A DNA stretch of 64,000 bases from an uncultured Acidobacteriota bacterium (GTDB taxonomy: Bacteria; Actinomycetota; Acidimicrobiia; Spongiisociales; ZC4RG35): positions 1,806,765-1,870,764 of the forward strand of contig CAVVMG010000001.1 in the NCBI GenBank assembly GCA_963749415.1. The letters are read 5' to 3'. Below, one piece after another: positions 46,745 to 59,057 of this stretch. Position 1 is the stretch's first letter, and every line of letters starts with the position of its first letter. The notes beneath the pieces are model-generated. The model saw only the letters and a list, made by a program, of their open reading frames with translations. It searched no databases and was not told where the DNA came from. The translations under genes and the position numbers were made by a program.

Positions 46745-47527
46745 ATGAGCCTCCTGTTGACCCTCGGCGTGGTAGTGGCCGTCGCCGCTGCCGCCAGATC
46801 CACCTGGTCCCCATGCGGCTTGTCGATGCTCTCCACGATCACCCCGGTCACCGAACAGGGTCGTGGCCGGACCTACTGGGGCACCGTGCCCTGGTATCTG
46901 ATCGGGGCGCTCGCCGGTGGAGCCACCCTGGGCGGGGCTGCTGCTCTGCTGTCCATCCCGGTGGGGGCTGCCGATCTGGCGCCGGAAGTCGCATTGGGTA
47001 TCGCCGGGTTGTTCACGGTGGTCAGCGTCTTCTCCGATCTCGGCGTGGGTGGCTTCCGGCTGCCGCGGCACAAGCGCCAGGTCGACCGCTTCTGGCTCGA
47101 CGACTACCGCTCCTGGGTCTACGGAACCGGTTTCGGATGGCAGATCGGTGTCGGGCTCGCCACCTATATCGTCACCACCGCGGTCTACGTGACTGTGCTG
47201 ATCGCGATCCTCAGCGGATCACCCGGTGAGGCCTTGCTGCTCGGTCTGCTGTTCGGAGGCATTCGAGGCCTCGCGATCTTCCTCGGCTCCGGCGCCACCA
47301 CTCTGGACAAGCTTCACGCTCTCCACCGCAGGATCACCGAGCTCGAGCCCGGCTCCCGTTTGGTGATGTTCGTCGTACAGACCGCCGTGGCAACCGTGGC
47401 CCTCGGCGTTGCCTGGGGGCTGGCCTGGGGCCTCGGGGCGCTCCTTGTGTCTCTTGCGGCGGGTGTGTACAGCGTCCGGACAGCTGCCTCCGCCGGGGCC
47501 CGGGAGCAGAGCCCGGCTTCGATCTGA
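46745..47527 (+). CDS. Integral membrane protein of unknown function
   Basis: 260 aa with about 6 TM helices. A conserved WSPCG near the N-terminus is the only Cys motif. Confidence 0.5.
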   Translation: MSLLLTLGVVVAVAAAARSTWSPCGLSMLSTITPVTEQGRGRTYWGTVPWYLIGALAGGATLGGAAALLSIPVGAADLAPEVALGIAGLFTVVSVFSDLGVGGFRLPRHKRQVDRFWLDDYRSWVYGTGFGWQIGVGLATYIVTTAVYVTVLIAILSGSPGEALLLGLLFGGIRGLAIFLGSGATTLDKLHALHRRITELEPGSRLVMFVVQTAVATVALGVAWGLAWGLGALLVSLAAGVYSVRTAASAGAREQSPASI

Positions 47528-47586
47528 GAGCCCAGCCCGCGCCAGATCTTCTCCATCCGCTGATCGACCGATAATCTCGCCGCCGA

Positions 47587-48606
47587 ATGTTCAGCCTGAT
47601 CAATCCTGACGGGTCGGTTCGCGATCGCCTTCCGATAACCCTCGAGGAGATGCGAGGGCTCTACGCCGACATGGTCGAGGCCCGCACCTACGACCAGAAG
47701 TGCATGGCGATGCAGCGCCAGGGCCGACTCGCCACCTACGCCCCTTTCGAGGGCCAGGAAGCCGCACAAATCGGAGCGGCTGCTGCTCTCCGGGGCGATG
47801 ACTGGGTGGCAGGGACCTATCGAGACGCCGCTCTGATGTGGCGGGCCGGGTATCCGTGGGAGTTGCTGATCGCAGGGCGGACCGGCGACGAGCGGGGAGG
47901 CAAGGCCCCGGACGGGGTCAACGTGCTTCCGCCGTCCATCACCGTGGGCGGCCACATGATCCATGCCGTGGGTCTCGGCTGGGCCGAGCGTCTCCAAGGT
48001 TCCGATCGGGTGGCTCTGACCTCGTTCGGTGACGGCGCCACATCTGAAGGTGACTTTCACGAGGCGATGAACTTCGCCGCTGTATTCGAGACCCCCACCA
48101 TCTTCTTTTGCCAGAACAACCAGTTCGCCATCTCCTACCCGCGAGCCGAGCAAACGCGCTCCACGTCGATCGCGGCCAAAGCCGACGGTTACGGGATGTC
48201 GGGCATCGAGGTAGACGGCAACGATGTCGCCGCCGTCCTCGTCGCGGTGCGGGAGGCCGTCGAGTCGGCACGGAAGGGCGGCGGCCCAGCATTGATCGAA
48301 GCAGTCACCTATCGCCTCGGGCCCCACACCACGGCCGACGACCCGGGCCGCTACCGGGACGAGGAGGAGGCAGAGCGCTGGAGGGAGAAGGACCCGCTGA
48401 TCCGGATCCGGATACTCCTGGAGAAGGCCAGGGGTTGGACTCCGGAGTGGCAGGAGGAGCTGGAGCAGAATGCCTCGGCGGTCATCGAGGAGGCCGTTGC
48501 CCGGGCCGAGGCGTATCCGCAGCCCACGGTCGATGAGATGTTTGCCCGGATGTACTCCGAGCCCACCTCCCCCTTGCGGGACCAGCTGGGCGAGGCCAGC
48601 GGATGA
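47587..48606 (+). CDS. 2-oxoacid dehydrogenase E1 component alpha subunit (pyruvate/branched-chain)
   Basis: TPP-binding GDGATSEGDFHEAMNFA motif. E1-alpha family. Confidence 0.85.
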   Translation: MFSLINPDGSVRDRLPITLEEMRGLYADMVEARTYDQKCMAMQRQGRLATYAPFEGQEAAQIGAAAALRGDDWVAGTYRDAALMWRAGYPWELLIAGRTGDERGGKAPDGVNVLPPSITVGGHMIHAVGLGWAERLQGSDRVALTSFGDGATSEGDFHEAMNFAAVFETPTIFFCQNNQFAISYPRAEQTRSTSIAAKADGYGMSGIEVDGNDVAAVLVAVREAVESARKGGGPALIEAVTYRLGPHTTADDPGRYRDEEEAERWREKDPLIRIRILLEKARGWTPEWQEELEQNASAVIEEAVARAEAYPQPTVDEMFARMYSEPTSPLRDQLGEASG

Positions 48607-49580
48607 GCGTTCAGACCCTCGCGCAGTCGCTCAATGGGGCATTGGACACCGCGCTCGAGTCGGACCAGCGGGTGGTGCTCCTCGGCGAGGACATCGGCCG
48701 CGCCGGTGGCGTGTTTCGGATCACCGACGGCCTTCGTGAGAAGCATGGAGCTTCTCGCGTGTTCGACACTCCGGTCGCCGAGTCGGGCATCGTCGGGGCG
48801 GCCTTCGGGATGGCGATCGCCGGGATGCGGCCGGTAGCCGAGCTTCAGTTCCTCGGGTTCTCCTACCCGGCATACGACCAGATCATCAATCACGTCGCCA
48901 GGATTCGGAACCGCTCCGACCACCGTTTCAGTGCGCCGCTTGTAATCCGGATCCCATTCGGCGGCGGAATCGGCGCCGCGGAACATCACTCCGAGTCGAC
49001 CGAGGCGATATACACCCATGTCCCCGGGGTCAAGGTGGTGGCGCCCTCGACGCCTCACGAGGCCCGGGGCCTCCTGCTTGCGGCCATCGAAGACCCGGAC
49101 CCCGTCATTTTCCTGGAGCCGATTCGGCTCTACCGGGCGGTCAAGGAGGAAGTGCCCGAGATCTACTACACCACCGACATCGGACCTGCTCGGATGGAGC
49201 GCCAGGGCAAGGACATCACCCTGATCTCCTGGGGGGCGATGATGAAGGAGACCAGGGCCGCGGCCGCCGCTCTCGAGGACGCCGGCGTGTCGGTCGAAGT
49301 GCTCGACCTGCAGACGCTGTCGCCGCTGGACACGACCGCGATCGTGGCCTCTGCGCGCAAAACCGGCCGCGTGGTGGTCATCCACGAGGCGCCTCGCACC
49401 GGGGGCTTGGGCGGGGAGATCGCCGCTCTCATCCAGGAACAGGCGCTCTACGCCCTCCTCGCGCCGGTGCGCAGGGTCACCGGTTGGGACACCGTCTTTC
49501 CTTTGAAGCGTTCCGAGGGTCACTACCTTCCGAGCGTGGACCGGATCTTGCAGGCCGCCGAACAGACGCTGGAGGATTAG
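48603..49580 (+). CDS. 2-oxoacid dehydrogenase E1 component beta subunit
   Basis: Transketolase-like pyrimidine-binding and C-terminal domains. ATGA overlap with E1-alpha. Confidence 0.85.
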   Translation: MSVQTLAQSLNGALDTALESDQRVVLLGEDIGRAGGVFRITDGLREKHGASRVFDTPVAESGIVGAAFGMAIAGMRPVAELQFLGFSYPAYDQIINHVARIRNRSDHRFSAPLVIRIPFGGGIGAAEHHSESTEAIYTHVPGVKVVAPSTPHEARGLLLAAIEDPDPVIFLEPIRLYRAVKEEVPEIYYTTDIGPARMERQGKDITLISWGAMMKETRAAAAALEDAGVSVEVLDLQTLSPLDTTAIVASARKTGRVVVIHEAPRTGGLGGEIAALIQEQALYALLAPVRRVTGWDTVFPLKRSEGHYLPSVDRILQAAEQTLED

Positions 49581-50986
49581 TGGCCAAGGAATTCAGGCTT
49601 CCCGACATCGGAGAGGGGCTGACTGAAGCCGAGATCGTCCGCTGGCTCGTCCCCGAGGGAGAGCGGGTGGAGGCCGACCAGCCCGTGGTCGAGGTGGAGA
49701 CCGACAAGGCGGTGGTCGAAATCCCATCTCCGTATGCGGGGATCGTCCTCCGACATGGCGGCGCCGAGGGGGAGACGGTGGCGGTTGGCGAGGTTCTGGT
49801 GGTGATTGGTGAACAAGACGAGGCGGTGGGACCGGATGTGGCGACCGAAGTCGTGGCGCCACCCTCGGAGGCGGCCCCCATCGTGGGGACATTGAGCGAA
49901 GACGCCGAGGACCTCGCTGCCCGCACCGACACTGGCGAGTCTTCGGGCTCGGTGAAGGCCCTCCCCGTCGTCCGCAAGCTGGCGCGGGACATGGGGGTCG
50001 ATCTGGCATCGATCACCGGCTCGGGCCCCGAGGGCCGGATCACCCGCGAGGACGTGCTGGCGGCAGGGGACCTGGAGACCGTGACTTCCGCCGAGGAAGG
50101 GTCCGCGCCGGAACCGGTGGTGACTGTCGAGCCGGCCCTCGCTCCCGAACCGGAGCCCTCTCTCCCCCCAGCGAACGAAGTGAGCGTTGGGGGGAGTGCC
50201 GGCGAAGCCGAGAGGGGGGCTGCTGAGGAGACGGAGGGGGCGCCTGAGACGGAACCCGAGGCTGAGCCCGAGCCCGACGTTGAGCCCGAACCCGAGCCCA
50301 CCGATGACGACGAGCGCCGCCCCATGTCCCGTCTCCGTCGCACCATCGCAGCCAACATGGCGAAGAGTTGGGCCGAGATCCCCCACGTCACCACCTTCGA
50401 TGACGTGGACGCCACCCGTCTTCTCGAGATCCGGTCGGCACTCGGAGCCCGCCACGACACGAGGATCCCCATGGAGGCGCTCGTAGTGAAGGCGGTCATC
50501 CCCGCACTGGAAGCATTTCCCGAGTTCAACGCGACCATCGACGGCGACGACCTCATCCTCCACCACTCCTACGACATCGGGATCGCCGTCGATACCCCGG
50601 ACGGGCTCCTGGTGGCGGTCATCGACGACGCCGGGTCCCGAGGCGTGCTCGAGCTCGCCTCGGAGGTCCGTCGGCTCGGCGACGGTGCCAAGGCCCGGTC
50701 GCTGAGCCCTGACGAGCTCACCGGCCAGACCTTCACCGTGACCAACATCGGCGCCGTCGGAGGAGGCCATGGGACACCGATCGTCCCCTACGGAACCACC
50801 GCGATCCTCTCGGTGGGAAGGGCACAGGAGAAGGTGGTGGCGGTGGATGGCGAGCTGGCCATCGCCCCGGTGATGCCCCTCTCCCTCTCCTACGATCACC
50901 GGGTGGTGGATGGAGCCCAGGGTCGGAGGTTCATGGCCCTGGTGATCGAGAATCTGGAGGAGCCGGCCCTTTTCCTGGCCGGCTGA
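49580..50986 (+). CDS. Dihydrolipoamide acyltransferase E2 component
   Basis: N-terminal lipoyl domain (ETDKAVVEIPSP), peripheral-subunit-binding domain and catalytic domain with DHRVVDG. GTG start overlaps the E1-beta stop; GGAGGA RBS. Confidence 0.85.
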   Translation: MAKEFRLPDIGEGLTEAEIVRWLVPEGERVEADQPVVEVETDKAVVEIPSPYAGIVLRHGGAEGETVAVGEVLVVIGEQDEAVGPDVATEVVAPPSEAAPIVGTLSEDAEDLAARTDTGESSGSVKALPVVRKLARDMGVDLASITGSGPEGRITREDVLAAGDLETVTSAEEGSAPEPVVTVEPALAPEPEPSLPPANEVSVGGSAGEAERGAAEETEGAPETEPEAEPEPDVEPEPEPTDDDERRPMSRLRRTIAANMAKSWAEIPHVTTFDDVDATRLLEIRSALGARHDTRIPMEALVVKAVIPALEAFPEFNATIDGDDLILHHSYDIGIAVDTPDGLLVAVIDDAGSRGVLELASEVRRLGDGAKARSLSPDELTGQTFTVTNIGAVGGGHGTPIVPYGTTAILSVGRAQEKVVAVDGELAIAPVMPLSLSYDHRVVDGAQGRRFMALVIENLEEPALFLAG

Positions 50987-50989
50987 GAC

Positions 50990-51559
50990 ATGTCCCACGT
51001 CGAGGTCACCCCATACGAGGAGTCGAGCGGGGTCTTGCGTGAGGAATACAACGCCGCCATCGGACGCGCCGGGCGAATCTGGAACATCGTCTCGGTTCAG
51101 GGCCAGCTGCCCGAGGTGCTGCGGGAGTCGATGCGTCTCTATCGAGAGATCATGTTCGGCCCGTCTCCGCTCACCAGGGCACAACGTGAGCTGCTGGCGG
51201 CTGTCACCTCCTCGGCCAACTCCACCCGGTACTGCACGACCGCCCACTGGCATGACTATCGGGATGAAGTCGAGGACCAGGACCTGGTGGACCAGATCAT
51301 GGACGACTGGAGGACGGCCGACATCAACGAGGCAGACCGGGCCCTGATCGACTTCGCCGAGAAGCTGACCTGGGCCAACTCCACGGTGGGGTCCGCAGAG
51401 ATCGACGCCCTGCGCGCCCACGGCTTCGATGACCGGGCGATCTCCAGCGCGGTCCAGGTCGTGTCCTACTTCAACTACATCAACCGGGTCGCCGACGGGC
51501 TCGGCGTCGACCTCGAGGAGTGGATCGAGAGCGACGGGCGGGAGATACCCGTTGGCTGA
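50990..51559 (+). CDS. Carboxymuconolactone decarboxylase (CMD)/AhpD-like peroxidase-related protein
   Basis: CxxxH motif (YCTTAHW) in a CMD-fold protein of about 190 aa. Confidence 0.7.
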   Translation: MSHVEVTPYEESSGVLREEYNAAIGRAGRIWNIVSVQGQLPEVLRESMRLYREIMFGPSPLTRAQRELLAAVTSSANSTRYCTTAHWHDYRDEVEDQDLVDQIMDDWRTADINEADRALIDFAEKLTWANSTVGSAEIDALRAHGFDDRAISSAVQVVSYFNYINRVADGLGVDLEEWIESDGREIPVG

Positions 51560-53027
51560 CGAGGAGAAGGTCGACCAGGCCGAGCGGAAGCCGGACCAGC
51601 CGGAAATCGAGGAAAAGTCGGTCTCCAAGCAGTACCGGGGGAATTTCGGCGGACGCGAGGTCGCGTACACCGCCACCGCGGCCACGGTGTCGGTAGGCAG
51701 TGGTGATGATCGGAAGGCGGCGTTCTTCTACGTCTCCTACACCGAGGACGGGGCGGATCCGGCATCGCGGCCCGTGGTGTTCGCCTTCAACGGGGGGCCG
51801 GGCTCGTCCACCGTCTGGCTCCACCTCGGGTTGCTCGGACCGAAACGGGTCGAGTTGGACGACGATGGCTTCGCCATCCGCACCCCGGGCCGCCTCATCG
51901 ACAACGAGCACTCCGCACTCGATGTCGCCGACGTGGTGCTCATCGACGCGGTGGGCACCGGATTCAGCACCGCCTCCCCCCAGGACAAGGAGAAGGAATA
52001 CCACCACTTCTCCCGTGACATCGAGGCCTTCATCGAGTTCATCGTCACCTACCTCAACCGGAGCGGGCGTTGGTCTTCTCCCAAGTACCTGGCGGGGGAG
52101 AGCTATGGGACCACCAGGGGAGCGGCGATCGCCAACCAGTTGTTCGCCAAGCAGGGTGTTGAGCTCAACGGCCTGATCCTGATCTCGGTGGCCCTCAACT
52201 TCCAGACCATCGCCGGCGAGAGGACGACCGGCGTCTTCCACCCCGGGAACGACCTCCCCTTCCCGCTCCACCTCCCCACTTACTCGGCAACCGCCTGGTA
52301 TCACGGCCGACTCGGGGAGACCTGGCAGGCCCGGTCGTTGCGGGAGCTGCTCGACGAGGTGGAGAAATTTGCCCTGGGTGAGTACTCGACCGCGTTGATG
52401 CTCGGTGATCGTCTGGATCCCGAGATCCGAGAGCGGGTACTCGATCGGCTGGTGGAGTACACCGGGCTCGACCTCTCATACCTGGACACCTACGACCTGC
52501 GGATCCACATCATGCGCTTCTGCAAGGAGCTGCTGCGAGCGGAGCGTCGAACGGTGGGCCGGCTCGACTCCCGCTTCAAGGGAATCGACCGCTTCCCCGA
52601 TGGTGATGTCCTCGAGAACGACCCCAGCGGGGACCAGATGATGGGCCAGTTCACCTCGGCGCTCAACGACCTGCTCCGCAGCGAGCTCGGCTACGAGAAC
52701 GAGTCGTTCTACAAGTCGTTGTCGATGGAGGTCAACGAGTCCTGGGACTACGAGGAGTTCAAGGGGAGATACGTCAACACGTCAGAGAGCCTGCGTGACC
52801 TGCTGGCCCGCTCCCCGCGCACCCGGGTCTTCGTGGCCAATGGCTACTTCGACCTGGCAACCCCACACCTCGCCACCGAGCACACCTTCGAACACATGGG
52901 GCTCGACCCTTCCGTGCGGGGCAATGTCCGGATGGAGTACTACGAGGCGGGGCACATGATGTATGTCCACCGACCATCGCTGGAGGCGCTTGCCGGGCAT
53001 CTCCGGGAGTTCATCTCAGAGGCATGA
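51552..53027 (+). CDS. S10 family serine carboxypeptidase-like protein
   Basis: S10 motifs FNGGPGSS and LAGESYG, with catalytic Asp and His regions downstream. Proposed TTG start with a GGAGA RBS, overlapping the CMD gene end. No signal peptide. Confidence 0.65.
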   Translation: MADEEKVDQAERKPDQPEIEEKSVSKQYRGNFGGREVAYTATAATVSVGSGDDRKAAFFYVSYTEDGADPASRPVVFAFNGGPGSSTVWLHLGLLGPKRVELDDDGFAIRTPGRLIDNEHSALDVADVVLIDAVGTGFSTASPQDKEKEYHHFSRDIEAFIEFIVTYLNRSGRWSSPKYLAGESYGTTRGAAIANQLFAKQGVELNGLILISVALNFQTIAGERTTGVFHPGNDLPFPLHLPTYSATAWYHGRLGETWQARSLRELLDEVEKFALGEYSTALMLGDRLDPEIRERVLDRLVEYTGLDLSYLDTYDLRIHIMRFCKELLRAERRTVGRLDSRFKGIDRFPDGDVLENDPSGDQMMGQFTSALNDLLRSELGYENESFYKSLSMEVNESWDYEEFKGRYVNTSESLRDLLARSPRTRVFVANGYFDLATPHLATEHTFEHMGLDPSVRGNVRMEYYEAGHMMYVHRPSLEALAGHLREFISEA

Positions 53028-53040
53028 TTCGCCCCTGGGC

Positions 53041-54489
53041 TCAGAACCGGGAATGCTCCTCTACCAGGCTGAGCACCTCGGGGAGGTCGAGCTCCGGGTA
53101 GGGGTCGGGAGCGAGCAGGCCGAGTATCCGGTCCTGGGAACGGGCGGACACGATCACCTTGTTCGACCACTTCTCGGCGAGGTCCATGGGCGGCATCCGA
53201 CAGCAAGCCGGGTCGGGACAGGTCGAGGTCTCTCGGTTTTCGCTGTCCCTTCCCCGAAACCATCGAGCGTCCCCGAAGCCAACGCCGAGGGTGATGGCCG
53301 GCGCAGGCTCCCGGCCGGCCTCGACGTGGGTGGTGCAGAAGAAGGTGCCTCCTGGGGTGTCGGTGTACTGATGATGGGTGTCGAATCGGTCGGGTGAATC
53401 GAAAGTCAGTCTTGCTCCCCATCTCCGGCACAGCTTCTGGGTCTCGATGCCCCCGTGGTCGTCACGGGGGAGCGGCACTCCATCGTTTGCGAATCCCTTG
53501 ATGATGCTCCCCAATCGATCACTCACCAGGAGATGGCTCTGGATCCCGAGATGGCGGGTGGCGAGGTTGGCAGTGCGCCAGGCCGCCATCTCGTAGGAGA
53601 CGTAGAACAGCTCCTTCACGTCTTCGACGTCGAGGTCGTGGCGCTCTTTGGCTTCGAGCAGCTTGGGGACCACCGCGGATTCAGGTGCCAGCACCGCGGC
53701 CGCGAAGTAGGCGGTCTCCACCCGCTGCCGGAGGAAGGTGTCGAGGTCGGGCTCAAGCTCATGTCCGAGCAGGAAACCGGCCAGGGTTTGAATTACTGCC
53801 TTCCGCGCTTGTCGGGTGCGCAGCTCGTCACGCTGCGCGATGTAGACCCGACGGTGGTCGAGGTCGATGACGGACCTGGCGAATAGAGGCATGTCGTCGA
53901 TGGGATGGATCTCGAACCCGGCGCTCCTCGCGAGGTCGAGGAGGTTGCGCGAGGAGAACGGGCCTTCACCGGGGTATCCGCTGGAGAGCAGTGCCTCTCG
54001 GGCGACAGACTCCACGTCCTCCAGGTAGCCGTCCGCGGCTGTCAGCCACTGCTGCACCTCGCCGTTGGATCGACGCACCTCGTCGGAGCCGGCCCCGGTG
54101 AGGCCGGAGCGCTGGCGCAGTGCTTCATGAAGGCCCACGAGCTGGGTGAGAGTCTCCGTGTCCATCCGTGAGCTGGGCTTCAAGGCGGGTAGGTCGAGCG
54201 AGTCGAACAGCGCCGTCTCCTGTGATCGGAGCAGGGCGATTTCGAGAGCATCCCGCTTGTTGGGCGGGGTCGGTTCGAGCAGCTCGGCCAAATCGACGTC
54301 GAGGGCGGCGGCGAGCTCCACGATGAGGTTGATCCTGGGCTCCTTCTTCCCGTTCTCCAGTAACGAGAGATATGGAGCCGGCTTGCCCACTGCCTCACCG
54401 AGCTGATCGAGCGTGAGGCCCTTGGCCCGGCGATGATGGCGGAGGCGTCTTCCCAGAATCAGGGGGTCGAGTACCGGTGCTTCGCTCAC
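53041..54489 (-). CDS. ramB: XRE-family regulator with a DUF2083-like C-terminal domain (RamB-like regulator of the glyoxylate shunt)
   Basis: N-terminal HTH_XRE ([24 protein letters not shown]) plus a C-terminal domain of about 350 aa. It is encoded divergently from aceB-icl, as ramB is from icl in Corynebacterium and Mycobacterium. Confidence 0.65.
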   Translation of the reverse strand: MSEAPVLDPLILGRRLRHHRRAKGLTLDQLGEAVGKPAPYLSLLENGKKEPRINLIVELAAALDVDLAELLEPTPPNKRDALEIALLRSQETALFDSLDLPALKPSSRMDTETLTQLVGLHEALRQRSGLTGAGSDEVRRSNGEVQQWLTAADGYLEDVESVAREALLSSGYPGEGPFSSRNLLDLARSAGFEIHPIDDMPLFARSVIDLDHRRVYIAQRDELRTRQARKAVIQTLAGFLLGHELEPDLDTFLRQRVETAYFAAAVLAPESAVVPKLLEAKERHDLDVEDVKELFYVSYEMAAWRTANLATRHLGIQSHLLVSDRLGSIIKGFANDGVPLPRDDHGGIETQKLCRRWGARLTFDSPDRFDTHHQYTDTPGGTFFCTTHVEAGREPAPAITLGVGFGDARWFRGRDSENRETSTCPDPACCRMPPMDLAEKWSNKVIVSARSQDRILGLLAPDPYPELDLPEVLSLVEEHSRF

Positions 54490-54573
54490 AAATTGCCGTC
54501 CTCCGAAAGATGCGCTGTTCTTGCTTCAGATTGCCTCTTCAGGCTAGCAGAATATAGAAGACACTGCATTCTT

Positions 54574-56130
<1,557 letters not shown>

Positions 56131-56140
56131 GGGAGACGAC

Positions 56141-57419
<1,279 letters not shown>

Positions 57420-57426
57420 GCGACGC

Positions 57427-57804
57427 TCACCAGATGGCTGCCGGGTAGTGGTCCCGGATGGCGCGGTCCTTGGTGACCAGCCCCACTCCGGCCAGGGAGG
57501 CATGGCCGACCAGAAGCCGATCGAAGGGATCCCGGGTCCAGGTCGCGCCCAATGCATGGAGCACCACTCCGGCCAGTGGCTGATCGTCGACCCTGAAACC
57601 GGCCCCGGTGGTCAGTGCGTTGACCACGAACGCGGCCTCGGCGCTCAGCTTCTCGGCCTCGACCAGGTATGCCACTTCGAGCAGCGTGATCGGGGAGAGC
57701 GACACCGAAGCCGCCTCGTCGATCGCAGACAACGCAGGGTCGGAGAGTCGGGCGATTTCCCCGGCTGCGATCCAGACTGCGACGTGGGTGTCGAGGAGGA
57801 TCAC
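57427..57804 (-). CDS. vapC: Type II toxin-antitoxin system VapC-family toxin (PIN domain)
   Basis: 125 aa from a GTG start. PIN acidic residues (LLDTHV...E...D...D). The rest of the 397-aa table ORF is Gly/Pro-rich and non-coding. Confidence 0.75.
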   Translation of the reverse strand: MILLDTHVAVWIAAGEIARLSDPALSAIDEAASVSLSPITLLEVAYLVEAEKLSAEAAFVVNALTTGAGFRVDDQPLAGVVLHALGATWTRDPFDRLLVGHASLAGVGLVTKDRAIRDHYPAAIW

Positions 57805-58040
57805 GGGGCCCAGAGGTCCGACCAATCGACGCCGACCAGGTCTTCGGGGTCGACGAGGAACAAGTCCGGGCGCGGGGGCAGCCGGCGGAGCCGATCCAAT
57901 CGATCCGCCTCCGGCTCCTCCACCGGGATGATGCGAAGCAGCTTGCCTCTGCGATTGATCTCCGCCGGAACGCCGGATTCGAGGACGGCGTCGAGGATCG
58001 AATACAGGTTCTGGCGCAGTTTTGTGGGCGAGATCGACAC
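57801..58040 (-). CDS. Type II toxin-antitoxin system Phd/YefM-family antitoxin
   Basis: 79 aa with a Phd/YefM N-terminal fold (LRQNLYSILDAV). Its stop overlaps the vapC start. Confidence 0.7.
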   Translation of the reverse strand: MSISPTKLRQNLYSILDAVLESGVPAEINRRGKLLRIIPVEEPEADRLDRLRRLPPRPDLFLVDPEDLVGVDWSDLWAP

Positions 58041-58105
58041 GTACGCATCTTAGCAAGACTGCGTACGCGTTGGCTGCGGATTGATGATGACTAGGTTCGG
58101 CGTCG

Positions 58106-58984
58106 ATGACGAGCGAAGGACCCAACCCGCCGGACGAGACGCCGGAGAGCACGCCACCACCCGAGGTGCCGGGCCAGCCGTCACAGCCGCCGGATCCGGG
58201 GCAACCACCGCCACCACCCGATGCGCCGGCGCCTCCTCCACTCGAGCCAACGGCGACGCCACCCACCGCACCTCCGCCGCCGGCGACGCCGCCCGCCGCC
58301 CCGCCACCGACACCACCACTCATCGGAGAGCCGGTGAGCACCGGGATGAGCGGGTGCGCCAAGGCGGCGATCATCGGCGGGGTAGTGATCGTGGTGCTCG
58401 GCGCACTGGCGGCGATCGCCATCTTCTTTGTATTCCGCAACGTGGTCGACGGCGTCGAGGAGTCGTTCTCGGAGGAGTCATGCCCGTTCATGACCAACGA
58501 AGAGGCATCAGCCGCAGTGGGCGCCGACGTCGAGGCCGTCTCCGGCGACAGCCTTCTCGGCGAGCTCCTGGGGGTCATCCAGGACACCAGGCTCCTCAGC
58601 GATGCCCCATCGTGCTTCATCAGCGACGACGAGTCGGTGACCCAGATCTGGATCTCGGTCTACGACGGCGGAGACGCAGCCGACGTGTTCGCCTCGTGGG
58701 CGGTGGTGGCGGACGGCGAGGTCGTGTCCCAGGGCACCACCGAGTCCGGAGGGACCTTGACAGTGGAGAGCGAGGCCTTCCGTGGCGACGACGTCGTCGG
58801 CCTCGGTGAGGAGGCATTCTGCGTGGATGTCGGCGTCACGGCGTCGGGCGGAGTATTCGCCCGCTCCGACGAGCGGGTCGTGTATGTCACCGTGCTCGCC
58901 CTCGAAGAGAACGAGGGTGCGGAGGTCTTCGACAACTCGACATGTGAGCGGGCGATCCCAATCGCCACGGCGCTGCTCACATAG
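58106..58984 (+). CDS. Proline-rich membrane-anchored protein of unknown function
   Basis: N-terminal region of about 90 aa is P/T/E-rich, followed by one TM helix (AAIIGGVVIVVLGALAAIAIFFVF) and an acidic extracytoplasmic domain of about 180 aa with 4 Cys. Confidence 0.5.
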   Translation: MTSEGPNPPDETPESTPPPEVPGQPSQPPDPGQPPPPPDAPAPPPLEPTATPPTAPPPPATPPAAPPPTPPLIGEPVSTGMSGCAKAAIIGGVVIVVLGALAAIAIFFVFRNVVDGVEESFSEESCPFMTNEEASAAVGADVEAVSGDSLLGELLGVIQDTRLLSDAPSCFISDDESVTQIWISVYDGGDAADVFASWAVVADGEVVSQGTTESGGTLTVESEAFRGDDVVGLGEEAFCVDVGVTASGGVFARSDERVVYVTVLALEENEGAEVFDNSTCERAIPIATALLT

Positions 58985-59057
58985 CGGCCCTGTTTGGAAC
59001 CGACCCGTCCGGGTAATCTGAAGTTCCGGAATCAGCCCTAGTTCCGCGGAGGAACAC

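Noticed and set aside
49577-51685. 702-aa ORF antisense to the E2 and CMD genes
   Set aside because: Shadow ORF. It is opposite two well-supported genes and has biased composition.
54490-54573. RamB operator in the ramB/aceB intergenic region
   Set aside because: I could not find a convincing match to AA/GAACTTTGCAAA. The nearest, TGTTCTTGCTTCA, is too degenerate.
57427-58620. 397-aa minus-strand ORF treated as a single gene
   Set aside because: Only the last 125 codons (vapC) are protein-like. The upstream 270 codons are Gly/Pro/Ala repeats that overlap the antitoxin gene in another frame and the Pro-rich membrane protein gene on the other strand.
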